Shown here piece by piece: positions 56,321 through 64,000 of a stretch of DNA of 64,000 bases. How positions within the stretch are numbered: position 1 is the first letter of the stretch; the number at the start of each line of letters is the position of its first letter. The notes beneath the pieces were generated by a model. The model did not search any database and had not been told where the DNA came from. It saw only the letters and a list, made by a program, of their open reading frames with translations. The position numbers and the translations under genes were made by a program. The stretch is from Oscillospiraceae bacterium (GTDB lineage Bacteria > Bacillota > Clostridia > Oscillospirales > CAG-382). The stretch lies in contig SVSD01000001.1 in NCBI GenBank assembly GCA_015064485.1, positions 216,989 through 280,988 on the forward strand. The letters run 5' to 3'.

Positions 56321-57847
56321 TTAAGGCTTTCTCTTTGCCTTGGGAGCCTTGCCGTTTGCCTTTACTTTTTCAAGATATTTTTTTGTAATACCTTTTTTAG
56401 CATATATAAACGGAGATTTGCTCTTTTTCTTCTTTATGGGAGCCTTTGCAACGGGCGAAGTTTTAGGCTTCTGTTCTTCGTCGGAAGCTTTAGGCGCATT
56501 TTTCGGTTTTTTACCCTTCATCAAAAGTTCCGCTTCACGAATTTCCTCGGGTGTGGGAGCCTTAACGGGGAAAAGCTTATAAAGTGCAAACTGCTGACCG
56601 ATAGAAATTATATTCTGGAATATCCAGTAGATACCGACAAGTGCAGGAACAGATACGCTGAAAAAGAGTATCATAAGGGGCATAGACCAATCCATAAACT
56701 TCATAGAAAGATCGTTTTGTGCTCCTCCGGGATTGTATGTGAATCTACGGATAAGCTTTGTCGAGAAGAAAGATGAAAGGAATACAAGAATCGGAACGAT
56801 TATGAGAAGCGAGAACCAGTTGGAATTGGGATTGTCCATAAGGTTTACACCGAAGAAATTAAACTGGGTATAAAAATCAACTATGGAATCAACATTTTCC
56901 GCACCGATTATTTCGACATATTTTGCGCCGAGTGCTGTTTCTGCCGCAACTTCTGTTGAAATTTTGGAAATTGCAGACGACTGTGTCATAAAAGAAAGAG
57001 CGTTCTTTGCGGCGTCTGTACCTTTTTCAATAGAATTTACTATCCATTCGGCCTCTACCATCTGAACACCTAAAGTCTTGAGCTTTTCTGCTGTATATCC
57101 GAGCATAGAGGAAAGGGGCGATGTGATGGAGCTGTAAAGAGCAAAAATTACGGGAAGCTGCAAAAGCATAGGAAGACATCCGCTCATGGGGTTATAGTTT
57201 TCTTCCTGATAAAGCTTCTGAATCTCTTCGTTCATCTTCATCTGAGTCGCTCTGTCATCTCTGCCCGCGTATTTCTTGCGGATAGCTTCCTGTTTGGGAG
57301 CAAGACGCGCCATTTTCTGAGAGTTTTTCTGCTGTTTTATAGAAAGCGGGAAAAGAATAAGCTTTATTGCAAGAGCAAAAATGAGGATAGCGATGATATA
57401 GCCGCCCTTAAAAGGGAAGGCTTTAGCTATAAAACCGAGAGCTGCACCAAACCATTCAGCGAGAAATCCGCCGCTCAAAAATCCTGTATTTGAATGAACA
57501 ACTTTCTGAGCATCCTTGATTGTGTCTTCATCAAGAACAGATACCGCATTTTGTGCGTTTTCTTCGGTTTCAGCTTCTGATTCAGCCTCAGCTTCGGCTT
57601 CTGTCTCAACTTCTGCTTCAGTTTCAACTTCTGCTTCAGTTTCAACTTCTGCTTCAGTTTCAACTTCTGCTTCAACTTCAGTTTCTGCTTCTGTTTCAGT
57701 TGCATTTTCGATTTCAGCTTCAACCAAAGCGGCGTCTGCTGTTTCGTTTTCTGCAAAAACAGAAAATGAGAAAACAGAAGCGGCAATAATCATAACAGCT
57801 AATACCGCAGCAAAATATTTTGCTGTGTTTTTACTGGTCATTTTCAT
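56321..57847 (-). CDS. yidC: YidC/SpoIIIJ-family membrane insertase with an acidic repeat N-terminal insert and a long basic C-terminal tail
   Basis: Core KQQKNSQKMARLAPKQEAIRKKY...YNPMSGCLPMLLQLPVIFALY...WIFQNIISIGQQ. Start set at ATG 57845-57847 (MKMTSKN), preceded by AAGGAG. Confidence 0.9.
   Translation of the reverse strand: MKMTSKNTAKYFAAVLAVMIIAASVFSFSVFAENETADAALVEAEIENATETEAETEVEAEVETEAEVETEAEVETEAEVETEAEAEAESEAETEENAQNAVSVLDEDTIKDAQKVVHSNTGFLSGGFLAEWFGAALGFIAKAFPFKGGYIIAILIFALAIKLILFPLSIKQQKNSQKMARLAPKQEAIRKKYAGRDDRATQMKMNEEIQKLYQEENYNPMSGCLPMLLQLPVIFALYSSITSPLSSMLGYTAEKLKTLGVQMVEAEWIVNSIEKGTDAAKNALSFMTQSSAISKISTEVAAETALGAKYVEIIGAENVDSIVDFYTQFNFFGVNLMDNPNSNWFSLLIIVPILVFLSSFFSTKLIRRFTYNPGGAQNDLSMKFMDWSMPLMILFFSVSVPALVGIYWIFQNIISIGQQFALYKLFPVKAPTPEEIREAELLMKGKKPKNAPKASDEEQKPKTSPVAKAPIKKKKSKSPFIYAKKGITKKYLEKVKANGKAPKAKRKP
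57603..57690 (-). repeat. Tandem 18-bp repeats (about 3 perfect and several degenerate copies) encoding (EAEVET)n inside yidC
   Basis: ttctgcttcagtttcaac occurs at 57611, 57629 and 57647, within a wider GAA/GCT-rich tract at about 57547-57751. Confidence 0.85.
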
Positions 57848-58136
57848 TTTGATTAAACTCCTTTTTGGGGTGATATCCGATCTTTTTTTCGTTTTCTTTT
57901 TTGTAGCGCAAATAATCCTCTGTGCCGGGAACATAATCGACTCCGCCCATACTCCAGGGGTTACATCTCAATATACGCCACAAAGAAAGTCCCGTTGCGC
58001 GGAAAAATCCGCAGGTTTCAAATGCACAAAGCGCATATTCCGAACAGGTAGGATAGTATTTACAACAAGGTTTCGATTTTAATCCGGAAAGCTTTTTTCT
58101 GTAAAATCGGATACAAGCAATAATTAATTTTTTCAT
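57831..58136 (-). CDS. yidD: Membrane protein insertion efficiency factor YidD
   Basis: IRFYRKKLSGLKSKPCCKYYPTCSEYALCAFETCGFFRATGLSLWRILRCNPW. Start trimmed to MKKLII. The 3' end overlaps the yidC start by 17 nt. Confidence 0.9.
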   Translation of the reverse strand: MKKLIIACIRFYRKKLSGLKSKPCCKYYPTCSEYALCAFETCGFFRATGLSLWRILRCNPWSMGGVDYVPGTEDYLRYKKENEKKIGYHPKKEFNQNENDQ

Positions 58137-58166
58137 AATGTTTTTGACAGACAAGACTCAATTCTG

Positions 58167-58559
58167 TCATTTCTTTTTGGGAGGAGCTTTTTTAATATCA
58201 AAAAAGTCCTCTTTCGAGACTATTGTTTTTACTGCCTTTGACATATCGGCGGCCTTTATATGGGGCGCAAAGGCGGCGGCTCTTGCGGCTATTACGATTA
58301 TATAGCCGTTTTTGATATACGAATAGTTTTCGCGGTAGGCTTCACGGATAAGCCTTTTGACCCGATTGCGTTTACACGCTTTTCCGAGCTTGCGGTTTAC
58401 TGTGATGCCGAGTTTTGTTTTCATCGGACTACCGTCGGGGTTTCTCTTGAAATTACGCATTACATATACTGCACATAATTTCGTAACTTCGCATTTACCT
58501 CTTGTGTAGGCCTTTGAAAAAAGATGATTCTCCTTTAACGGCAGAATTATTCTTCTCAT
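58167..58559 (-). CDS. rnpA: Ribonuclease P protein component
   Basis: LKENHLFSKAYTRGK...KLGKACKRNRVKRLIREAYR (RNR motif). Confidence 0.9.
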   Translation of the reverse strand: MRRIILPLKENHLFSKAYTRGKCEVTKLCAVYVMRNFKRNPDGSPMKTKLGITVNRKLGKACKRNRVKRLIREAYRENYSYIKNGYIIVIAARAAAFAPHIKAADMSKAVKTIVSKEDFFDIKKAPPKKK

Positions 58560-58706
58560 AAAAAAGGCAGATCCTTTCTGTACAGACTGTTTTGGCTTTT
58601 ACGCAAAAAAGGGCGCTCTTTTGTCATCGCAAAAGTCTGCGGACATCGGGCACCCTATTTTGCAATCGTAAAAAAACAATCTTGTACGGTGGTAATTAAA
58701 CAAGAA

Positions 58707-58841
58707 TCAGTATGTGAGTCTTGCTCTACCCTTAAGGCGTCTTCTCTTGAGAACCTTTCTACCGTTGGAGGTCTTCATACGCTTTCTGAAGCCATGTTCC
58801 TTTTTTCTCTGGAGCTTCTTGGGCTGATATGTTCTAACCAT
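58707..58841 (-). CDS. rpmH: 50S ribosomal protein L34
   Basis: Below the ORF-track size cut-off. My own translation gives [44 protein letters not shown]. Confidence 0.95.
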   Translation of the reverse strand: MVRTYQPKKLQRKKEHGFRKRMKTSNGRKVLKRRRLKGRARLTY

Positions 58842-58950
58842 GTTTTAGCACCTCGCTTTCGTGTGTTGGTATCTTTTGTATATTGCGATACGCTTTTACA
58901 AAAATAAAATATCTGCGATAACGCAATTACGCATTTTGCCGATATAACGC

Positions 58951-58980
58951 ATTATACAACAACTATACGCCGTTTGTCAA
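58951..58980 (-). promoter_or_regulatory. rpmH operon promoter
   Basis: The minus strand reads TTGACA-aacggcgtatagttgttg(18)-TATAAT, about 105 nt upstream of rpmH. Confidence 0.65.
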
Positions 58981-59007
58981 GTAGATTGACAAATTTTTTT
59001 CAAAAAA

Positions 59008-59433
59008 TCACAAAGTTGACAGATTTTTTCTGCGGTCAAGATAGCTTTGCAATATTATCTGAGCCGAAAGAGTGTCTATTGCTTCCTTTCTTTTTTTGCC
59101 GAAAGTGCCTGTTTCGGTCATATAACCCGCCGCAAGAATGGTTGTGCGCCTTTCGTCGCAAAGCTCGGTTTTTATACCGCTCTTTTCTTCTATCATAGCG
59201 GCAAACTTTCGGCTTCTTGCCGCTCTGTCGCCCTCTGTTCCGTTCATATTTTTGGGAAGACCTATAACAATAAGCTCAACTTCGTTTTCCTTTGCCTTTT
59301 CGCAAACAATATCTGTGGCGTTTTTTATTCCGGTAACTTTGAATGTTCCGATACCTCCGGCAAGAAAGCCTGTCGGATCCGAAAGAGCAAGTCCCATTCT
59401 GGCTTCGCCGAAATCCACTCCCATTATTCTCAT
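59008..59433 (-). CDS. ruvX: YqgF/RuvX putative pre-16S rRNA nuclease (Holliday-junction-resolvase-like)
   Basis: MRIMGVDFGEARMGLALSD...VIGLPKNMNGTEG...DERRTT. Confidence 0.9.
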   Translation of the reverse strand: MRIMGVDFGEARMGLALSDPTGFLAGGIGTFKVTGIKNATDIVCEKAKENEVELIVIGLPKNMNGTEGDRAARSRKFAAMIEEKSGIKTELCDERRTTILAAGYMTETGTFGKKRKEAIDTLSAQIILQSYLDRRKNLSTL

Positions 59434-59488
59434 ATTTTTCTTCCTTTACTTATATCTCATCAAACACTTATTTTTTCATTTTAAGCAA

Positions 59489-59704
59489 TCATTTGCCTGA
59501 ATCGGTTTTGCGGGCAACTTTTTTCTTTTGTCCGTCGGGAGTCTGAATATAAGTGTTATCCATAATTCCTATAAAATTTTTTCGGAAATCCGCAATATAT
59601 TCTGCACGAAGAGAAGCCTGTTCTGCTTTTTCTTCTTCTGTAAGACCGACAGATTTCGATTTTCTGGCAAGCTCGCCGATTCTTTTCATTCTTTCTTCTG
59701 TCAT
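59489..59704 (-). CDS. DUF896/UPF0291 family small protein
   Basis: RIGELARKSKSVGLTEEEKAEQASLRAEYIADFRKNF. Confidence 0.8.
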   Translation of the reverse strand: MTEERMKRIGELARKSKSVGLTEEEKAEQASLRAEYIADFRKNFIGIMDNTYIQTPDGQKKKVARKTDSGK

Positions 59705-59749
59705 ATTTCCTCCGATGGAATTTTATTACATAAATGTACTTTTTATTAC

Positions 59750-60076
59750 AAAAACGCCGATGCGCACAAAGATCACACACCCGAATGTCGAAAAGCCCCT
59801 ATCAGCGCATTTCGCATACACCGCTCAACACAAGCGCCCTTGCGGCACATCGCCGGTCAACCCTTAATGCTGCTTGGTTCCCCACCTGACATGGTTCGGG
59901 AGTGACGATTGCGCAAGACTCGCATCTCAACACGGAAAATATGCGCTGCAGACCTGATCTGAGCTTTCCTCAAAACGGGAATTAGCCCCTGCTGTAGCGG
60001 ATTGCAGGTACAAGGCTCCGCTATGTCCCCGGTTAGTGTGACCTTTGTCCGCATCGGCGGTACAAAGAAAGTTTGC
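59750..60076 (-). ncRNA. ffs: Signal recognition particle RNA (large, Bacillus-type scRNA/ffs)
   Basis: The minus strand carries the domain IV motif GTCAGGTGGGGAACCAAGCAGC (GGAA tetraloop, with compensatory changes relative to GUCAGGUCCGGAAGGAAGCAGC) and the opposing strand GATGTGCCGCAAGGG. A long terminal helix pairs GCCGATGCGGACAAAGGTCACAC with GTGTGATCTTTGTGCGCATCGGC, followed by TTTTT. Upstream promoter: TTGATT-17-(TG)gTATACT at 60083-60111. No ORF is present. The ends are approximate. Confidence 0.85.
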
Positions 60077-60128
60077 CATAACAGTATACCACACCTGTAT
60101 AAAAAAATCAAGTGTAAAAATTTTCCGG

Positions 60129-60926
60129 TCAGAGAAGCAGGTCTTCGATTGCTTTTCCAACGCCGCCTTCAATATCGGAAACCGTTACCATATCACACAT
60201 TTTTTTAACTTCATCAGAAGCATTTTCTGTGGCAATCGAAATATGGGCCGATTGTAAAATTTCCGCATCATTGATGCTGTCACCCATAGCAATGCTTCGT
60301 TCTTGCGGGATTCCGATATGGGAAAGCACTTTAAACATCGCCTGAGCTTTGTTACATCCCTTTATTACCGCCTCGCCCGATTTTTGCGAAACATAGCAAT
60401 GCAGATTCTTGCTGACAAGTTCAAGGTATTTTCCGTCAAGAGAATGGTCTATTGTGATCTTGCTGACATCATCATCCCCAAGCGCCTTATGTAATTCTTC
60501 TTTTGTATTGACTTTTGTCCAAAGCGGTTCAAGAGATCTTTCTATGCCGTAATAAATCAATGTTTTTTTGCCCTGAAAACGGCAGGGAAGATTGTTTTCC
60601 GATATGAAATCAAAAAGCTCATCAAGTATGTTTTTGGGGATGGGATTATCAAATATAACTTTGCCGTCAACCTCAATATATGAACCGAGCGCAGTAATAA
60701 AGCCGTCAACCTTGACATCCTCAAAAAAAGCCTTTGACAGCGCCGCATATCCTCTGCCTGTATTTATGAAAACTTTATGCCCTTTTTCGCGGGCAGCTTT
60801 TATTGCTTTTTTATTTCTTTCAGGAATGATATCGTCCCTAATAGTGCGGATATCTTTTGCGAAAGCCGCAAGAGTACCGTCTATATCAAGAAATATAGCA
60901 TGGGGTTTTGTTTTATCGGTTATCAT
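60129..60926 (-). CDS. Cof-type HAD-IIB family hydrolase
   Basis: IFLDIDGTL...TGRGY...AMGDSINDAEIL. Confidence 0.85.
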   Translation of the reverse strand: MITDKTKPHAIFLDIDGTLAAFAKDIRTIRDDIIPERNKKAIKAAREKGHKVFINTGRGYAALSKAFFEDVKVDGFITALGSYIEVDGKVIFDNPIPKNILDELFDFISENNLPCRFQGKKTLIYYGIERSLEPLWTKVNTKEELHKALGDDDVSKITIDHSLDGKYLELVSKNLHCYVSQKSGEAVIKGCNKAQAMFKVLSHIGIPQERSIAMGDSINDAEILQSAHISIATENASDEVKKMCDMVTVSDIEGGVGKAIEDLLL

Positions 60927-60938
60927 ATTTTCTTCCTT

Positions 60939-61769
60939 TTATATAATAAGTGATTCTATAAGAGCAGCACAGCCTTCGTTTAAAACGCTGTCACACACTA
61001 TATCGCAAATATCTTTAAGCCGTTCGGGAGCATTTCCCATAGCACATGAAATTCCTGCAGATGTGAGCATTCCTCTGTCATTTTCGCTGTCACCGACGGC
61101 AATCGTATTTTCATACGGAATAGAAAGTATCTCACATGTCTTTTTTATCGCCTTGCCTTTATCGTGCCCGATAAGTGCACCTTCGGCATATATCGGCGGA
61201 ACATACGCAACATCAAAAATTGATTCGAGAAACTTTGAATATTCCAAAGACGGTACATAGGGAAGAGTCATTTTTATCATTGTTTTTCCCTGTACGGCTT
61301 TTAAAAACTCATCCTTATCTTTATATGTATACTTGACTTTGAAAAATCCCGAGTCGCCGTATGCATATCTTCCTCCGTCCTCGCGGCCATCGGATTCACC
61401 TTCGAAAATTATACTGTCGCCGCTTTCCTCACAAAAATCGGCAACTTTTTTGATGGTTTCAAAACCGACCACCGAGCGGTATATTGTTTCACCGTGATAT
61501 ACTATATGAGCGCCCATACCCGAAATCACTCCGTCAAAAGGGGCGGAGGAAAGAAGCGTCTGCGACATATATCCGAGCGCACGGCCGGAATTCACGAAGA
61601 AAAGATGTCCCTTTTCTCTTCCTTTTTCTATTGCATTTTTAAGCCGTTCGGAAACTCCTCCCTGATGAAGAGGCAAAACCATAGTTCCGTCTATATCAAG
61701 AAAAAATGCGTGTCTTCCGTTTTTTTCAAGTATTTTTGCGTATTCTTTTAGCTTATCCTGTCCGGTCAT
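60939..61769 (-). CDS. Cof-type HAD-IIB family hydrolase (paralog)
   Basis: FFLDIDGTM...NSGRAL...AVGDSENDRGML. Start trimmed to MTGQDKL (ATG 61767-61769). Confidence 0.85.
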   Translation of the reverse strand: MTGQDKLKEYAKILEKNGRHAFFLDIDGTMVLPLHQGGVSERLKNAIEKGREKGHLFFVNSGRALGYMSQTLLSSAPFDGVISGMGAHIVYHGETIYRSVVGFETIKKVADFCEESGDSIIFEGESDGREDGGRYAYGDSGFFKVKYTYKDKDEFLKAVQGKTMIKMTLPYVPSLEYSKFLESIFDVAYVPPIYAEGALIGHDKGKAIKKTCEILSIPYENTIAVGDSENDRGMLTSAGISCAMGNAPERLKDICDIVCDSVLNEGCAALIESLII

Positions 61770-61791
61770 TGTTTTTCTCCTATAAAAACGG

Positions 61792-62412
61792 TTATACGGC
61801 CATAAATTCTGATATGATTCCTGTTGCGATACCGACAACCGCGCCGATTGCAATAAACACTACCGGATGTACCTTCTTAAATTTCGCACACAAAAATGTA
61901 AGCACTGCAAAGGTAACTGCGGCGGGAATATTCACACCTTTAATGCTGTATCCCAAAAAGTTTCCGGCACTTACAGTATAAAACACCGCCGAAACAAATA
62001 CACTTGCCATAGCACCCGTAATAAGTCCCGCAACACAGGGACGGATTCCGTAAAAGGCGTAGTTTACATATTTGTTGTCTTTAAACTTTTGTATAAATTT
62101 AGATATTATACATATGACAACAATCGCAGGACAGATTATCCCGAGAGTAGCGGTAATTCCGCCGAGTATTCCCGTAAAAAGCCCGTTTATATCAAAACCT
62201 GCGTTGTATCCCGCATATGTCGCCATATTGACGCCGATAGGGCCGGGCGTCGATTCGGAAACGGCTATCATATCAGAAAGCTGTTCAACCGAAAACCAAC
62301 CGTAACCTTTTTCGGCAATCTGCTTTAAAAAGGGGATTGTTGCAAGTCCTCCGCCAACAGAAAAAAGTCCGATTTTGAAAAATTCGAGAAAAAGATAAAG
62401 AAAGGTCTTCAT
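61792..62412 (-). CDS. Chromate-transporter (CHR) family protein, short half-size form
   Basis: FLEFFKIGLFSVGGGLATIPFL...SESTPGPIGVNMATYAGY. Confidence 0.8.
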   Translation of the reverse strand: MKTFLYLFLEFFKIGLFSVGGGLATIPFLKQIAEKGYGWFSVEQLSDMIAVSESTPGPIGVNMATYAGYNAGFDINGLFTGILGGITATLGIICPAIVVICIISKFIQKFKDNKYVNYAFYGIRPCVAGLITGAMASVFVSAVFYTVSAGNFLGYSIKGVNIPAAVTFAVLTFLCAKFKKVHPVVFIAIGAVVGIATGIISEFMAV

Positions 62413-62975
62413 TTTTCGTCAGCCCCCTTTTCATTTTCTCTTTTCTCTTTTATAACTTTGACGGTAATCCCCACAACTGCGGCAAATATTACGGCAATTA
62501 TCGGGGAAATTCCGAAGAAATATGTCAAAACAAAAGCCGCCGCAGAAAGAAGCGCGGTTATAATATCCTTAACATTTTTCTTAAAAAGACCGAAAACGGT
62601 AACGGAAACAAGGGAACATACCGCCACACGGATACCTTCAAAAGCATATTTAACATATTTGTTGTCGGCGAAATTTGAAATAAATGCAGCTATCACAGTT
62701 ATTATGAGAATAGAAGGGCAAACAACACCAAGCGTTGCACAAACAGCTCCGAGAACCCCTTTTTTGCGAAAGCCTATAAAAGACGCTGTGTTTACTGCGA
62801 TAACTCCGGGGGTACATTGCGCGATGGCATAATAATCCAGTATATCCTCCTCGGTACACCAGCCGTGTTTTTCCACAAGCTCTCTTTTAAACATCGGAAG
62901 CATCGCATATCCTCCGCCAAAAGTGAGAGCTCCTATTTTAAAAAACGAAAGAAATAAATCAAGGTATATTTTCAT
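62409..62975 (-). CDS. Chromate-transporter (CHR) family protein, short half-size form (partner)
   Basis: FLSFFKIGALTFGGGYAMLPMF...AQCTPGVIAVNTASFIGF. Start trimmed to MKIYLDL (ATG 62973-62975). It has a 4-nt overlap with the partner gene. Confidence 0.8.
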   Translation of the reverse strand: MKIYLDLFLSFFKIGALTFGGGYAMLPMFKRELVEKHGWCTEEDILDYYAIAQCTPGVIAVNTASFIGFRKKGVLGAVCATLGVVCPSILIITVIAAFISNFADNKYVKYAFEGIRVAVCSLVSVTVFGLFKKNVKDIITALLSAAAFVLTYFFGISPIIAVIFAAVVGITVKVIKEKRENEKGADEK

Positions 62976-63013
62976 TTTCTTTCCTTCCATAATTATACAG
63001 TTCAACATTTTAA

Positions 63014-63042
63014 ATTCTACCACATATATTGATGTATGTCAA
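63014..63042 (-). promoter_or_regulatory. Promoter of the chrA-pair operon
   Basis: The minus strand reads TTGACA-tacatcaatatatgtgg(17)-TAGAAT. Confidence 0.6.
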
Positions 63043-63068
63043 TTATATTATTGACAAAAAAGCATAAT

Positions 63069-63090
63069 AAAAAAGGGCTTGCGCCCTTTT
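63069..63090. terminator. A-tract/GC-stem/T-tract hairpin, copy 1 of a duplicated 22-nt element
   Basis: aaaaaagggcttgcgccctttt. The stem is short (4 GC pairs extended by A-T pairs). Confidence 0.5.
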
Positions 63091-63273
63091 CTGAAAGTGT
63101 CGCAAAAGCTCCACTTTTCACGAAGGGGAACAAGTTCCCCCTCATGTTCTCCCCCGCATGGGGCGTTTTCTCACCGTAAACGCCCCATAGATGTGTGTTT
63201 TTCGGCAACAAAGTCACCAAAAAACACAAATTCAAATTATATTTTATATGCATTAAGACTTTGCAACAGACTG

Positions 63274-63296
63274 AAAAAAGGGCTTGCGCCCTTTTT
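63274..63296. terminator. Same hairpin, copy 2; terminator of the RlmA-like gene
   Basis: aaaaaagggcttgcgcccttttt, 6 nt after the stop at 63302. Confidence 0.6.
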
Positions 63297-63301
63297 ATAA
63301 G

Positions 63302-64000
63302 TTATTTTTCACATCTGTAAACAGATATTTCAAAAGAAAGCTCTGTTTCAAGCTTTTCGAGTTTGCAAAGCTTTTCGCTGTCTTCTTTTGAAGTTTTCCA
63401 AAAGTAGGGTGTCATCGTGAAAAGATCGGTTATGTCGCTTCCGAAAACAGTTTCGGTATAGGTAACGCTTTCCTTTCCCAAATACTTAAATCCTCTGTAT
63501 TCTTTATGTTTTTCTGCGTTTTCATAAGGATTTTCGTAAATTGCGCTCTTAAGTCCCGAAAGATGGGTTTTTCCGGGACCTGCCACAAACATAAACCCGC
63601 CGTTTTTAAGGACTCTTAAATTTTCCTCATCCCCGACAGGCGCAAACACCGAAATTGCCGAATCAAAACACCCGTCTTCAAAGGGAAGGGCAAATATACT
63701 GCAGACAGAATAAAGATTTTTCTTCAGAACAGATTGCTTTTCTGCTTTTGCCGCAAGTTTTACTGCCTCTTTTGCAAGATCAACTCCGAAAAGCTCAGCT
63801 TCCGGGAATCTTTCACGAAGCGCTCTTAAATAATACCCCTCTCCGCATCCCGCATCACAAAGACTTTCGGGAGAATTATACTTTTCAACGGTATCGCAAA
63901 TAAGCTTTGCAAAAAGAGCGTAATATCCTTTTGAAAGGAAATTACGCCTTGAAAGGCACATACTCGTGCAATCGCCGCTGTCGCTTTTACCGAGGGCAAA
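63302..64000 (-). CDS. Class I SAM-dependent methyltransferase, RlmA (23S rRNA m1G)-like; the 5' end lies beyond the window end
   Basis: DAGCGEGYY SAM motif. The frame stays open upstream of the track's Met: ...FALGKSDSGDCTSMCLSRRNFLSKGYY resembles the RlmA segment preceding the methyltransferase fold. Confidence 0.7.
   Translation of the reverse strand, partial: FALGKSDSGDCTSMCLSRRNFLSKGYYALFAKLICDTVEKYNSPESLCDAGCGEGYYLRALRERFPEAELFGVDLAKEAVKLAAKAEKQSVLKKNLYSVCSIFALPFEDGCFDSAISVFAPVGDEENLRVLKNGGFMFVAGPGKTHLSGLKSAIYENPYENAEKHKEYRGFKYLGKESVTYTETVFGSDITDLFTMTPYFWKTSKEDSEKLCKLEKLETELSFEISVYRCEK

Noticed and set aside
57475-58082. ORFs encoding KQKLKL repeats (57475..57786, minus strand) and SASVSTSA repeats (57516..58082, plus strand).
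   Set aside because: They are alternative frames or strands of the 18-bp tandem repeat inside yidC. The yidC frame is continuous with a conserved insertase core, and these ORFs have no independent support.
58842-59007. DnaA-box cluster or oriC upstream of rpmH.
   Set aside because: I saw no TTATCCACA/TGTGGATAA-like 9-mers in the spacer. The nearest one-mismatch match (ttatccata, about 59555) lies inside the DUF896 gene and is isolated.
59750-60076. The GAGGAAAGCTC on the minus strand might have indicated RNase P RNA.
   Set aside because: The rest of the P4 consensus (GAGGAAAGUCCGGGC and its 3' partner) is absent and the RNA is too short. The SRP domain IV motif and the long closing helix fit SRP RNA much better.
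63017-63253. A 78-aa minus-strand ORF between rlmA and chrA.
   Set aside because: It reads through a terminator hairpin and the chrA promoter, has no RBS at its start, and has an implausible composition. The region is treated as non-coding RNA or an intergenic element.

Overview
This 64-kb chromosomal window appears to come from an endospore-forming member of the Clostridia. That is an inference from the spoIIAA-spoIIAB-sigF operon, a gerA-type operon, a Re-citrate-synthase TCA branch, a PPi-type PFK and a PPQTG sorting signal. Almost all genes are on the minus strand, except a plus-strand block at about 34.9-40.9 kb.

Content in order:
(1) 1-20.96 kb: a Wzx/Wzy-dependent surface-polysaccharide (EPS/capsule) locus. 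It runs from a consensus promoter at 20.94 kb through Wzz/CpsC, BY-kinase, PHP phosphatase, a small sortase-type anchored protein, an LCP protein, the priming phosphoglycosyl transferase, three GT4 genes, a radical-SAM/SPASM-like enzyme, a pyruvyl transferase, a GT2, a GT4-like gene, Wzy and an acyltransferase. It then continues into a 1711-aa secreted phosphodiester-glycosidase (NAGPA-type) protein with a long repeat array, and the start of Wzx.
(2) rpoB-rpoC.
(3) An operon of Re-citrate synthase, GntR regulator, aconitase and NADP-IDH, with a perfect 22-bp palindrome over its promoter.
(4) yigZ, rpe, a PFK with PPi-type signature residues, an orphan solute-binding lipoprotein and a secreted stalk-domain protein.
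(5) An Fe-ADH/ALDH operon with twin palindromic operators, and a secreted metallophosphoesterase.
(6) A small divergent XRE module, about 0.4 kb of structured non-coding DNA, and tRNA-Arg(CCG).
(7) rny, rpsF-ssb-rpsR, an XRE plus membrane-protein pair, spoIIAA-spoIIAB-sigF, a gerA-like operon, jag-yidC-yidD-rnpA-rpmH, ruvX, a DUF896 protein, SRP RNA, two Cof-type HAD hydrolases, a split ChrA pair, a candidate small RNA unit flanked by duplicated terminators, and a partial RlmA-like methyltransferase.

I saw no rRNA, CRISPR array, transposase, integrase or recognisable defence system. I did not find a convincing novel multi-gene system. The best leads are the atypical passengers of the EPS locus (rSAM/SPASM enzyme, NAGPA giant protein, sortase substrate), the unassigned palindromic operators, and two structured non-coding regions. 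All calls come from reading the sequence and the ORF translations; no database search was run.
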